Source: an uncultured delta proteobacterium
GTDB taxonomy: Bacteria > Desulfobacterota > Syntrophia > Syntrophales > Smithellaceae
Assembly (NCBI GenBank): GCA_963753975.1
Contig: CAVWEH010000001.1
Coordinates: forward strand, 64,001 to 128,000
Reading direction: 5' to 3'
DNA: 64,000 bases
The notes below the pieces were generated by a model that was not told where the DNA came from, did not search any database, and worked only from the letters and a program-made list of their open reading frames with translations. Below are positions 29,387-41,319 of this stretch, piece after piece. Positions within the stretch are counted from its first letter, which is position 1. Each line of letters begins with the position of its first letter. The translations under genes were made by a program, and so were the position numbers.

Positions 29387-30502
29387 ATGATTTTTTTAAA
29401 ATTTGACCGCCGCATTTTCCAGAATTTCGACTGGACGCTGATGATACTCGTACTATCCATTTGCACCATCGGCATTTTAAATATTTATTCCGCAGGTTAT
29501 GCCGTCGGCGAAAGGCAATTTCCTTTTTATCTTAAGCAAATTCAGTGGATCGCGCTTGGATTAATAATAATGATGGTTATTTTTTTCATCGATTACCGCT
29601 TAATTAGCAAAGGCGCTTATGTAATTTACGGCATTTCCATAGTACTTCTCGCCCTGGTATATATTTATGGTTATACAATGCACGGCTCACAAAGGTGGCT
29701 CGCTTTAGGTGGCTTTGTCTTTCAGCCTTCGGAGTTAGTGAAGCTGACAATAATAATTGCTTTGGCGCGCTATTTTGACGATCATAAATCCAATGAACCT
29801 TACAAATTAAAAGAGCTCTTTGTACCTTTTCTAATCGTCATCGTTCCTTTTTTAATGATACTGAAACAGCCGGATTTAGGCACGGCATTAATCATTATGA
29901 TTATTTTCGTTTCCATTATTTTTTTTGTAGGAGTTGATTGGAAATCCTTTCTCATTGCTCTAGCCGGGGGATTAATCTTAATTCCCACAGGATGGTTTTT
30001 TTTGAAAGATTATCAAAAAGAGAGATTGATTACTTTTTTTAATCCGGAAAATGATCCTTTAGGTTCCGGATATCACATTATTCAATCTATGATAGCTGTA
30101 GGTTCGGGGGGATTTTTTGGCAAGGGTTTTTTAAATGGTTCACAAACACAATTAAAATTTTTACCTGAGCAGCAGACTGATTTTGTATTTTCCGTTTTTG
30201 CTGAAGAGTGGGGTTTTATTGGCGGGATGATTTTGATCATCATGTTTATTTCGCTTATCTTTTGGGGGCTAAAAATTGCCTTGCATGCCAGAGATTTATT
30301 AGGCACGATTATAGCGTTCGGAATAACAGCCCTTATTTCGTGGGAAGTTTTTATCAACATAGGAATGGTTTTGGGGATGTTGCCGGTAGTTGGTATTCCG
30401 CTTCCTTTTTTGAGTTACGGCGGTTCGGCAATGATTGCTTTAATGACGGCGATCGGGCTGTTAATGAATATCAATGTACGAAAATTTATTTTGCAGCGCT
30501 AG
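29387..30502 (+). CDS. rodA: Rod shape-determining protein RodA
   Basis: QPSE, QPDLG, LPEQQTDF, SYGGS SEDS motifs. Confidence 0.95.
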   Translation: MIFLKFDRRIFQNFDWTLMILVLSICTIGILNIYSAGYAVGERQFPFYLKQIQWIALGLIIMMVIFFIDYRLISKGAYVIYGISIVLLALVYIYGYTMHGSQRWLALGGFVFQPSELVKLTIIIALARYFDDHKSNEPYKLKELFVPFLIVIVPFLMILKQPDLGTALIIMIIFVSIIFFVGVDWKSFLIALAGGLILIPTGWFFLKDYQKERLITFFNPENDPLGSGYHIIQSMIAVGSGGFFGKGFLNGSQTQLKFLPEQQTDFVFSVFAEEWGFIGGMILIIMFISLIFWGLKIALHARDLLGTIIAFGITALISWEVFINIGMVLGMLPVVGIPLPFLSYGGSAMIALMTAIGLLMNINVRKFILQR

Positions 30503-30676
30503 CCATTATTGAAGTATATTGAAGATGTCTTTAAAAAGTTAGATGAATTGCCGGGAACATACATTTTACAGTGGAAGCAAATGACGGGAACATCTTTTCA
30601 TCCCGGCATTGCCCTCTTTAGGGTTCCGAATTCAATGCTATTTAATACGTGAATTAACGATTAAGGAGAAAATGTT

Positions 30677-31054
30677 ATGTGGGAAAAAAAGCAAGAAAGC
30701 GAAGAAATCAAAGCGATTTTAGGCAAAGGAGCAGAGTTTGTCGGAAAGCTTATTTTTAATGGATCCGTCCGCATCGATGGCGATTTTCAAGGTGAAATTC
30801 ATGGACAAGGATCATTGGTTGTCGGAGAAGGTGCACTGGTAAAAGCTAACATCGCGGTTAAAAATATTTACCTAGGCGGCGAAGTACAGGGCAACATTGA
30901 AGCTAAAGAAAAAATTACTATCCATTCCACGGGCAAATTTTTGGGCGATGTACAGACACCGATACTTATTATGGAAGAGGGCGCTTTTTTTAGCGGTAAA
31001 TCGCATATGTCCGAAGCCGTGGAAAAGAAAATTGATGATCATCAAGCAGATTGA
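30677..31054 (+). CDS. Bactofilin (polymer-forming cytoskeletal protein)
   Basis: FVGKL...VRIDGDFQGEI...GEVQGNI beta-helix pattern. Confidence 0.9.
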   Translation: MWEKKQESEEIKAILGKGAEFVGKLIFNGSVRIDGDFQGEIHGQGSLVVGEGALVKANIAVKNIYLGGEVQGNIEAKEKITIHSTGKFLGDVQTPILIMEEGAFFSGKSHMSEAVEKKIDDHQAD

Positions 31055-31401
31055 ACGGCAGCAAAATTATTACAAATCCGGTAACTTAAAAGTGTAATAA
31101 TTACCAACTGTTTTAATCGTTTCGAGCTTATCACTATCGTTGATAATATGGATCAGGGAAAATTAGACTGCCGGTCATAAAAAAGCTTGACAAGCAATCA
31201 AGGTTATGATTAGTAACCCACAAGTTTTGGGTATCAATGGTAAGGTCTTTTCTGCTTATACATTAAACATATTCAAAACATCCTTAGAGTAATTAGAAAT
31301 TTATCCGTTTGAGGGTATGCATATTAATGAAAGCGGCCGAGTGAGCAAAAGGAATGTTAAACACTCGGCTTTTTTTATGAAAAAATGCAATGAGGTAGAG
31401 A

Positions 31402-31836
31402 ATGGTTACTGTCATTCCTGATTATACGCTGTTGATCCAAATAGTTACGTTCCTAGCATTAATTTATATCCTTAATTTTCTTCTTTTCAAACCGATTCTC
31501 AATATAATTGACCGCCGTAAAAAAAAGCTGGAAGAATTAGAAAACGAAATCAAGCTGTTTAACGATTCCGTGGATAAAAGAGCGGCTGAATATGATGAAA
31601 AACTCAAACAAGCCAAAACAAATGCTTCCGAATTAAAAAAAGAAATAATCAAAGAAGGGGATAATCAGGCTAAAGGCATAATTGATATTGTCCGTGGTGA
31701 AATACCTTTAATGACACAAGAATTTCAAAAAAAAATGGACGAAGAAATCCAAGCCGCGCAGAAAATTTTGCATAATCAATCCCGAAAGCTGTCTTTGGAG
31801 ATTGCCGAAAAAGTGTTGGGAAGGAGCGTGCAATGA
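31402..31836 (+). CDS. atpF: ATP synthase F0 subunit b'
   Basis: N-terminal TM then LFKPIL..IDRR coiled coil; operon context. Confidence 0.85.
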   Translation: MVTVIPDYTLLIQIVTFLALIYILNFLLFKPILNIIDRRKKKLEELENEIKLFNDSVDKRAAEYDEKLKQAKTNASELKKEIIKEGDNQAKGIIDIVRGEIPLMTQEFQKKMDEEIQAAQKILHNQSRKLSLEIAEKVLGRSVQ

Positions 31837-32435
31837 AAAATTCACCTCAATCGGTGGCACGGCCTTCGTTATTCTTTTTGTTATCCTTGATTTTTTTATT
31901 TTTTATTTCCGTATCCGTTGCTTATGCTTCCGGCGGCGAAAGCGGTCATGAATCAAGTAAATGGTGGGATTTCGGTTGGAAGACATTCGATTTTATCGTG
32001 CTTGTTGGTTTTCTTTATTGGCTCTTGGCGGAAAAAATAAAGGAGTTTTTTGTTGGACGTCGTAAAGACATTAAGGAATCACTGGAAAATGCGGCAAAAC
32101 AAAAAGCCGAAGCCGAGAAAAAATATCGGGAATATTCGGAAAAAATCGATAAAGCTTCCCTCGAAATAGACGGCATCTTTGAAATGATCAAAGAACAAGG
32201 GTTCGCCGAAAAGCAAAAGATAATCGACGACGCGAAGAAAATCGCCGAGAAAATGAAGCTGGATGCTCAAGCACGTATTGAGCAGGAATTGCAGAAAGCT
32301 TCTTCCCAACTGCGCATTGAGGCAGTAGAGCTTTCCGTACAAATGGCGGAACAAATTTTAAAAAGAAACATTACCGAGAAAGATCATGAATCCATGGTCA
32401 AGGAATACATGGACAAGGTGGTGAGTAAAAATTGA
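31833..32435 (+). CDS. atpF: ATP synthase F0 subunit b
   Basis: ASGG leader, TM, coiled coil; operon context. Confidence 0.88.
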   Translation: MKNSPQSVARPSLFFLLSLIFLFFISVSVAYASGGESGHESSKWWDFGWKTFDFIVLVGFLYWLLAEKIKEFFVGRRKDIKESLENAAKQKAEAEKKYREYSEKIDKASLEIDGIFEMIKEQGFAEKQKIIDDAKKIAEKMKLDAQARIEQELQKASSQLRIEAVELSVQMAEQILKRNITEKDHESMVKEYMDKVVSKN

Positions 32436-32974
32436 TCAGCAACATCTCCAAACGTTACGCTCGCGCATTTTTTGAAATCGCGGAAAAAGACAAAAATCTG
32501 GAGAAATATTATACCGAACTGAGTAAGTTTTCCTCGATTATTGCTCAAAATAAAGCCCTACGAGATTTTTTATTTAACCCGGTTTTTGAGCAGGAAAACA
32601 AGAAAAAAGTTTTGGAAAAGATAATTAACAAGTTGCAATTCTCCGGCATGACGGTCAATTTCTTAAAATTGCTCATAGATAAAAAAAGAATAGATTCCTT
32701 AGCGGATATTGAAGCCTGTTACCGGCAATTAATGGATGAAGCATTAAAGAAAGTCCGGATTAATTTAAAAACCGCGTTCCCCCTTTCCCGAAAACTACAA
32801 GACTATATCAACTCGAATATGGAGAAAATAACCGGCCGAAAAGTGGAAATAACAACGGAAACAGACCCCGGTCTTTTGGGGGGCATAGTTATTGGCGTCG
32901 GCGATACACTTTACGATGGCAGCGTCAAGAACCAGTTGAACAATATGAGAAATCTCTTAGGGGAGGCAAGATAA
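32432..32974 (+). CDS. atpH: ATP synthase F1 delta
   Basis: KRYARA, LLGG...YDGS; TTG start. Confidence 0.95.
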   Translation: MISNISKRYARAFFEIAEKDKNLEKYYTELSKFSSIIAQNKALRDFLFNPVFEQENKKKVLEKIINKLQFSGMTVNFLKLLIDKKRIDSLADIEACYRQLMDEALKKVRINLKTAFPLSRKLQDYINSNMEKITGRKVEITTETDPGLLGGIVIGVGDTLYDGSVKNQLNNMRNLLGEAR

Positions 32975-32977
32975 GGC

Positions 32978-34492
32978 ATGGATACAATTAGGGCGGAAGA
33001 AATTAGTCAAATTATTTCCGAGCAAATTAAAAGCTATGAAAAAAAGCTGGATATAAGCGAAACCGGAACCGTCTTATCCGTAGGTGACGGTATAGCTAGA
33101 GTTTACGGTGTGCAAAACGCGATGGCGATGGAACTTCTGGAATTTCCGGGCGGTATTTTAGGCATGGTTCTCAATTTGGAAGCGGACAATGTCGGCGTCG
33201 CCGTTTTGGGTGAAGTTACACATATTAAGGAAGGCGATATCGTCAAAAGGACGGGCAAAATTGCCCAAGTGCCGGTAGGCGACGGCTTGCTGGGACGAAT
33301 AATCGACGCGACCGGTAAACCGCTCGATGGCAAAGGCGCGATTGAAACAAACGAATATCGCCGTATCGAAATGATCGCGCCGGGCGTTATTCAACGCCAA
33401 CCGGTTAACGAACCTATGTACACAGGCCTGAAGGCTATCGATGCCATGACCCCCATCGGCCGGGGACAGCGCGAATTGGTAATCGGCGACCGCCAAATCG
33501 GTAAAACGGCAATTTGTGTCGATACAATAATCAGACAAAAAGATACGGGTGTTAAATGCATATATGTCGCCATCGGCCAGAAGAAGTCCACCGTGGCACA
33601 AGTTGTGGAAAAATTGAAGCAGCATGATGCCATGTCTTATACCTGCGTTGTTGCCGGTTGCGCGAGTGACCCGGCAACTCTGCAATACATCGCCGCTTAC
33701 GCCGGCTGCAGCATTGGTGAATATTTCCGTGATCGCAGCCAGGATGCTTTGATTATCTACGATGATTTATCCAAACAAGCTGTGGCTTACCGGCAGATTT
33801 CTTTGTTGCTCAGACGTCCTCCGGGACGTGAAGCTTTTCCGGGGGATATTTTTTATAACCATTCGCGCCTCTTGGAACGCGCGGCTCGAGTGAGTAAAGA
33901 ACTGGGCGGCGGCTCTTTGACTGCCCTGCCCGTTATTGAAACTCAAGCCGGCGACGTTTCTGCATATATTCCGACAAACGTTATTTCGATTACGGACGGC
34001 CAGGTTTATCTGGAACCAAGTTTATTTTTCTCCGGTATTCGTCCCGCAATCAATGTTGGTTTGTCGGTTTCGCGCGTCGGCGGCGCCGCACAGGTCAAGG
34101 CAATGAAACAAGTCGCGGGAACTCTCAAACTTGATCTTGCTCAATACCGTGAATTGGCGGCATTTGCCCAGTTCGGCAGTGATCTGGACAAGGCAACGCA
34201 AGCGCAATTGGATCGTGGCGTGCGTCTGGTGGAATTATTAAAACAACCTCAATTTAAGCCCATGTCTCTGGCACAGGAAGTTGTAGTACTCTTTGCCGGA
34301 ACCAGAGGGTTTATTGATAAATATGAAGTGGAAAAAGTGCGCGTCTATGAACAACAGCTTTTGAGTTTTGTAGAAAGCAAGTATGCGGGGATAATGAAGG
34401 AAATTGAAGAAAAGAAAGTTATTTCTCCGGAATTAGAAAAGAAAATGAAGGAAATTTTGACGGATTTTGATTCCGCCTTTGTTTCCGAATAA
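32978..34492 (+). CDS. atpA: ATP synthase F1 alpha
   Basis: [25 protein letters not shown]. Confidence 0.99.
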   Translation: MDTIRAEEISQIISEQIKSYEKKLDISETGTVLSVGDGIARVYGVQNAMAMELLEFPGGILGMVLNLEADNVGVAVLGEVTHIKEGDIVKRTGKIAQVPVGDGLLGRIIDATGKPLDGKGAIETNEYRRIEMIAPGVIQRQPVNEPMYTGLKAIDAMTPIGRGQRELVIGDRQIGKTAICVDTIIRQKDTGVKCIYVAIGQKKSTVAQVVEKLKQHDAMSYTCVVAGCASDPATLQYIAAYAGCSIGEYFRDRSQDALIIYDDLSKQAVAYRQISLLLRRPPGREAFPGDIFYNHSRLLERAARVSKELGGGSLTALPVIETQAGDVSAYIPTNVISITDGQVYLEPSLFFSGIRPAINVGLSVSRVGGAAQVKAMKQVAGTLKLDLAQYRELAAFAQFGSDLDKATQAQLDRGVRLVELLKQPQFKPMSLAQEVVVLFAGTRGFIDKYEVEKVRVYEQQLLSFVESKYAGIMKEIEEKKVISPELEKKMKEILTDFDSAFVSE

Positions 34493-34590
34493 ATTTATTC
34501 GATAACCGACGGATTAGTAATAAGTTCTTAATTCGCATAAGCTGAATTTTTTACAATACCGTCCAATAATTATTTGAGGAAAATTCGTCA

Positions 34591-35466
34591 GTGGCTTCAC
34601 TCAAAGATATTAAAAGAAAAGTAGGCGCCGTTCATAAAACGAAGCAAATTACGCGGGCAATGAACATGGTTGCCGCATCGAAGTTTAAGGCGTCGCAATT
34701 GCGGATGGAAAATTTCCGTCCTTACGCCAGTAAATTCATGGATGTGCTCAATTCTCTGGCCCTGCGTGTCGAAAGCATGTCCCATCCGCTTTTGGCTGTG
34801 CGGGATCCTAGAAGGATCAGAGTAATTTGCATGACTTCCGATCGCGGTCTTTGCGGCGGATTTAATACAAACTTAATCAAAGCGACGGAAAGATTTTTAA
34901 GAGATAAAGCCAAAGAAGATAAGGAAATCGGCTTGATCAGTGTTGGGCGCAAAGGACGAGATTTTTTCCGGAAAAAGGCGAACATTATCGGGCAATGGGT
35001 TGATGCCTTAAGCAAGTTCGATATGACCTTGGCAGTTTCCATTTCTAATGATGTAATCGTACCTTTTATTAAAGAAGAGTATGACGAGCTTTATTTAGTT
35101 TACAATCAATTTGTCAATGTTTCCGTGCAGCGGCCGACAGTAATCAGGTTGTTCCCCCTGCCTTCCATTGGACAAGATGTTGACATTGACCCCGAAAAAC
35201 GCCTGGATTATCTCTATGAACCATCGGAAGAAGCCCTATTACAAAAGCTGTTGCCAATGTATGTTCACGTTCTTGTTTATCGTGCTCTTTTGGAAACATC
35301 AGCGGGTGAAAACGGTGCGAGAATGGCGGCAATGGACAATGCCACCAATAATTGCGAAGAGTTAATCAGGTCATTGACTCTAAAGATGAACAAAGCAAGG
35401 CAAGCGGCGATTACTGCGGAATTGATGGATATTGTCGGTGGCACGGAAGCTCTGGCCAAAGGATAA
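34591..35466 (+). CDS. atpG: ATP synthase F1 gamma
   Basis: ITRAMNMVAA, DRGLCG, RQAAITAEL. Confidence 0.99.
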   Translation: MASLKDIKRKVGAVHKTKQITRAMNMVAASKFKASQLRMENFRPYASKFMDVLNSLALRVESMSHPLLAVRDPRRIRVICMTSDRGLCGGFNTNLIKATERFLRDKAKEDKEIGLISVGRKGRDFFRKKANIIGQWVDALSKFDMTLAVSISNDVIVPFIKEEYDELYLVYNQFVNVSVQRPTVIRLFPLPSIGQDVDIDPEKRLDYLYEPSEEALLQKLLPMYVHVLVYRALLETSAGENGARMAAMDNATNNCEELIRSLTLKMNKARQAAITAELMDIVGGTEALAKG

Positions 35467-36936
<1,470 letters not shown>

Positions 36937-36956
36937 TTTCAGGTTGGAGGAAGTAA

Positions 36957-37364
36957 ATGGCCGATGAATTAATGCTGGAAATTGTAACGCCCGAAAAGAT
37001 GGCCTTTTCCGGCAATGTGGAAGACGTTACTATTCCGGGTACGGAAGGGGAATTCGGTGTTCTGCGCGGTCATGAAGCTTTTTTGAGTTCCGTCGATATT
37101 GGACAATTAGTTTTTACAAAAAACAACAAAAAAACCCATTATGCTGTTAATACCGGTTATGCCGAAGTCACCGCCAATAAAGTGACCGTTTTAATCGAAA
37201 CAGCCGAAAGATCCGATCATATCGACAAAAATAGAGCCCTAAGAGCAAAGGAAAATGCGGAAGCCCGTTTGGAGAAGATAGCCAAAGATAGTGACGAATT
37301 TGAAAAAGCGCGCGCCGCATTGATGCGGGCAATCGTGCGATTGAACGTTGCTGAAAAACAATAA
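36957..37364 (+). CDS. atpC: ATP synthase F1 epsilon
   Basis: [16 protein letters not shown]. Confidence 0.97.
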   Translation: MADELMLEIVTPEKMAFSGNVEDVTIPGTEGEFGVLRGHEAFLSSVDIGQLVFTKNNKKTHYAVNTGYAEVTANKVTVLIETAERSDHIDKNRALRAKENAEARLEKIAKDSDEFEKARAALMRAIVRLNVAEKQ

Positions 37365-37475
37365 AATTTTTTTAAAAAATTGATTTCCTGCGGCGCAGAC
37401 GACAGGGTTTTTCTGAGGCAATGTTTCCTCTGGATAAGAAAACCAGGGCCGACAAAATTAAACTAATAATTTATC

Positions 37476-37510
37476 AAGGCAGCGCGCTTACCAATGCGCT
37501 GCCTTTTATT
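37476..37510. terminator. Intrinsic terminator between atpC and greA
   Basis: aaggcagcgc/gcgctgcctt stem plus T tract. Confidence 0.7.
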
Positions 37511-37533
37511 TTCTCCTGAACTTCATTTATTTC

Positions 37534-38013
37534 TTATTTTTCTTTAGTCGAAATGTCGATGATTTCAAAGTTGCGCGTGCCGCCCGGTGTTTTCACGCTG
37601 ATTTCATCGCCGATATTTTTCCCGATGAGGGCTTTGCCGATTGGCGATGTCACAGAAATTTTATTTTGATTGATGTCCGATTCCAGTGGCCCCACCAACT
37701 GATATTTAATTTTTTCTCCACTGTCGATATCCTCTATAGTGACATAACAACCAAAAACAACCTTGTTGGTTTTCAAACCTTTTAACTCAATAATATTGGA
37801 CAGGGCAAGATTATTTTCCAATTCCTGTAATCTTCCATGAAGATAAGATTGCCGCTCCTTGGCGGCGGCATATTCGGCGTTTTCGGAAAGATCGCCGTGC
37901 GCGCGGGCAACTTCAATATCACGAATATTTTCAGGAATGGATTTGCTTTTCAACGTTTCCAAATCCTTTTTTAATTTTGTAAAGCCTGCTTTGGTAATTG
38001 GTATTTTTTGCAT
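37534..38013 (-). CDS. greA: Transcription elongation factor GreA
   Basis: HGDLSENAEY, ISVTSPIGKAL, TPGG. Confidence 0.97.
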   Translation of the reverse strand: MQKIPITKAGFTKLKKDLETLKSKSIPENIRDIEVARAHGDLSENAEYAAAKERQSYLHGRLQELENNLALSNIIELKGLKTNKVVFGCYVTIEDIDSGEKIKYQLVGPLESDINQNKISVTSPIGKALIGKNIGDEISVKTPGGTRNFEIIDISTKEK

Positions 38014-38271
38014 AATAACTCCAAAGTGTTTTACCGCATCCTGACTTGATTTTTGTTTAATAGAGAATACGCTCTCTGTCAAGAAACATTTGACTCAACC
38101 CGCAAGCCTTAATTGTCTTCTCCTGTAAGACTTCTCGAGTATCTCTCGCCTGGTATTCTGCCTGTATGGCCTATAACTCCTATAGCATCTCGCGTGGTCA
38201 GGCGGAAGTTGTGTTGTCGGGGTAATTATGTTATTTGTTTAGAAACTAAAAAAAGTTCTGCTATAAAAACC

Positions 38272-39264
38272 ATGCGTGATAAATTTGAACGAGAAATAAA
38301 TTACCTGCGCGTTTCCATTACCGATAGATGCAATTTGCATTGCAGTTATTGTAGGCCCAGGGAAGGAATTTCCCTGCAAGGCCATGATGATATTCTCCGG
38401 TACGAAGAGATAATCCGCATCATTTCCATGGCCGTAAAGATGGGATTAATCAAGGTACGGCTGACAGGTGGCGAGCCGCTCGTCCGCCGCGGTTTTATCG
38501 AATTTATTACTGCGCTGAAAGGAATCAACGGGTTACAGGACATAAGCCTCACCACCAACGGTATTCTTTTGGAAGAATTTGCCCAGGATATTTTCAGCGC
38601 CGGCATCCACCGCATAAACGTCAGCCTCGATTCCCTTCATAAAGATAAGTACTTCCGCATCACTAATGGTGGAAATCTAGAGGCCGTTTTGCGCGGGATT
38701 CACAAAGCCGAAGAAATTGGTTTTGCGCCGATAAAAATTAACACTGTCGCCATCAAAGGATTCAATGATGATGAAGTGCTGGAATTTGCTAAATTGGCGC
38801 TAAATAAGCCTTTTCAGGTACGCTTCATTGAATTGATGCCGGTGGGACAGGCAAGATCTGAACACAACGGCGGTTATCTGCCCGCAACTCAATTAATGCA
38901 GGAAGTCAATAGCCGTTATAAGTTAGAAAAAATAACGGGCAAGAAAGAAAAATCGGATGGTCCCGCAGCAATTTTCAGAATTAAAGGAGGCCGCGGCGAA
39001 ATAGGTTTTATCAATCCGATCAGCAGCCCTTTCTGCGCAACCTGCAACCGTTTGCGTTTGACCGCCGATGGAAGATTGCGTTCTTGCTTACTCAACGAAA
39101 ACGAAATTGACTTAAAAAAGGTTTTGCGGGAGAATTGCACTGATGCAGAACTGGAAGGATATATCCGGGAAGCGGTATTATTAAAGCCCAAGCAACATGC
39201 TTTGGCCTGTACGGGAAAGCATTTGAAAGAATGCCACCGGAATATGTCGGCGATTGGCGGTTGA
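38272..39264 (+). CDS. moaA: GTP 3',8-cyclase MoaA
   Basis: YLRVSITDRCNLHCSYC, FCATCNRLR, C-terminal IGG. Confidence 0.97.
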   Translation: MRDKFEREINYLRVSITDRCNLHCSYCRPREGISLQGHDDILRYEEIIRIISMAVKMGLIKVRLTGGEPLVRRGFIEFITALKGINGLQDISLTTNGILLEEFAQDIFSAGIHRINVSLDSLHKDKYFRITNGGNLEAVLRGIHKAEEIGFAPIKINTVAIKGFNDDEVLEFAKLALNKPFQVRFIELMPVGQARSEHNGGYLPATQLMQEVNSRYKLEKITGKKEKSDGPAAIFRIKGGRGEIGFINPISSPFCATCNRLRLTADGRLRSCLLNENEIDLKKVLRENCTDAELEGYIREAVLLKPKQHALACTGKHLKECHRNMSAIGG

Positions 39265-39375
39265 AAAAAGATAATAGAAGTAATACATTTTCTTTAAAAA
39301 AATAGTATAATTTATTATGAATGAAAGCCGCTTTTCGGATTTGCTGTAGAAGCTTAATATCAGGGAGCATATCCA

Positions 39376-40158
39376 ATGTTTTTTCGCCAAAAAAAGGCCC
39401 AATTAACGGAACAACAACTGGAAACATCGTTGGGGCATTATGTTTTTTTACGGCAAAAGGAACTGATCCTGGATTTAGTGGCTCCACGCGCCGGTGAAAG
39501 GGTGCTGGACGTGGGCTGCGGCACGGGTAATCATTTGCAGCTTTTCCGCGAAAAATGGTGTTCCGTAACAGGAATTGATCCCTGCGCGGAAACATTAAAC
39601 ATTGCCCGATCTAAATTAGGAGAAAGCGCTGAATTGCTTGTTGGTCAAGCCGAAGACCTTCCCTTTTCCGACGACGACTTTGATATTGTAATCTTGATAA
39701 ACGTTCTCGAGATTGCCAATAATCCGCAGAAAGTAATCACGGAAGCTATCAGAGTTTGCCGCGACCGTGTTTTTATCGGCTTTTTAAATAACTTTTCCTT
39801 TGCGGGAACAAAACAACGGATAAAAGAGCTATCCGGCTTCCCCCTCACTCAAAAAATACGTTTTTTTAGTTTGAATGAAATTAAAATTATGGTCGGAAGT
39901 TTAATTGGTGACGTGGCAATTAAATGGGGCTCTGTAATTTATTTTCCGGGTATTTTTTACGGCTTTTCCGAGGAGTTGGAAGAGTTATTTCCTTTGGAAA
40001 GAAATCCGCTGGGAGCATTTGCCGGTCTTGCCTTTCCCGTTAAATACACTTACAGAACGGTTCAAAGCCCCGTTATGGAATCGTTCAAACTAAATGCGGA
40101 AGCGCACACCACCGTTCCCGATGCTGTCAGGAATATGTTGCAAGAGACCCATAAATGA
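39376..40158 (+). CDS. Class I SAM-dependent methyltransferase
   Basis: VLDVGCGTG, AEDLPF..FD. Confidence 0.9.
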   Translation: MFFRQKKAQLTEQQLETSLGHYVFLRQKELILDLVAPRAGERVLDVGCGTGNHLQLFREKWCSVTGIDPCAETLNIARSKLGESAELLVGQAEDLPFSDDDFDIVILINVLEIANNPQKVITEAIRVCRDRVFIGFLNNFSFAGTKQRIKELSGFPLTQKIRFFSLNEIKIMVGSLIGDVAIKWGSVIYFPGIFYGFSEELEELFPLERNPLGAFAGLAFPVKYTYRTVQSPVMESFKLNAEAHTTVPDAVRNMLQETHK

Positions 40159-41165
40159 TTCGAGAAGCTCAACTTTACGAAAAACTTGATAATAAGCGCG
40201 TACATTGTAATTTATGCGCACATGGATGCACAATTAAACCGGATAGAAGGGGCATCTGTGGAGTAAGGGAAAATAAGGATGGCATTCTTTATACACTCGT
40301 TTACGGGACGCTGATCGCCGAAAACATTGACCCTATCGAAAAAAAACCCTTTTTCCACGTTTATCCGGGCTCTCTTTCCTATTCTATTGCCACCGTCGGA
40401 TGTAATTTCAGTTGTGAATTTTGCCAGAACTATGAAATCTCGCAAATGCCGCGGTCCACACTCATGATCACCGGCAACGATGCTACACCGGAAGAAATCG
40501 TCTCCCGGGCGAAAAAAAGCGGCTCGAAAACAATTGCCTATACTTACACCGAACCGACAGTTTACTTTGAATTGGCATATGATACCGCTAAAGTTGCCCA
40601 GGAAAATGGTTTAAAAAATGTGTTTGTCACTAACGGGTTTATGACCGCCGCCGCCATTGATATGATTGCTCCTTTTTTAGCGGCCGCCAATGTGGATTTG
40701 AAATCTTTCCGCGATGATTTTTACAAAAAACAATGCGGGGCTCGCCTGAAGCCCGTTTTAGACAGCCTGGAAAAGATGAAGGAAAAAGGAATCTGGGTGG
40801 AAATAACTACCTTACTGATTCCCGCTCTGAACGATAGTGACGAAGAACTGAGAGATATCGCGCAATTCATTGCCGGATTGGGGAAAGAAACCCCCTGGCA
40901 TATCAGCCGTTTTCATCCGCAGTACAAAATGAACAATGTGCAGGTAACCCCTGTGGCCTCACTGCATCGGGCCGTAGAAATTGGGAAACAGTCCGGATTG
41001 AAATACGTTTACAGCGGCAATGTACCCGGAGATAAAGGAGAAAGCACGTATTGTTTCAATTGTCAGAAACTTTTGATTGAACGTTATGGTTTTAAAATCA
41101 TAAGCGTCGATCTCACCGGAAATAAATGTTCCAACTGCGGAACTGAATTGGAAGGTGTTTTCTAA
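40155..41165 (+). CDS. amrS: AmmeMemoRadiSam system radical SAM enzyme
   Basis: CNLCAHGC, DPIEKKP, GCNFSCEFCQN, YTYTEP, YSGN. Confidence 0.93.
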   Translation: MIREAQLYEKLDNKRVHCNLCAHGCTIKPDRRGICGVRENKDGILYTLVYGTLIAENIDPIEKKPFFHVYPGSLSYSIATVGCNFSCEFCQNYEISQMPRSTLMITGNDATPEEIVSRAKKSGSKTIAYTYTEPTVYFELAYDTAKVAQENGLKNVFVTNGFMTAAAIDMIAPFLAAANVDLKSFRDDFYKKQCGARLKPVLDSLEKMKEKGIWVEITTLLIPALNDSDEELRDIAQFIAGLGKETPWHISRFHPQYKMNNVQVTPVASLHRAVEIGKQSGLKYVYSGNVPGDKGESTYCFNCQKLLIERYGFKIISVDLTGNKCSNCGTELEGVF

Positions 41166-41319
41166 GAACAAATCACCTTATCAAATACTGCCACTGTATC
41201 AGTACGTTCCATTTGACATCTCAATGGGCATGCGGTATTTTCCCTATGAGCCTTTTCACACAAAAGACAATCATTTTTGTTTTCAACCAGCACTGTTTGT
41301 CGCGACAGAGGAGTATTAG

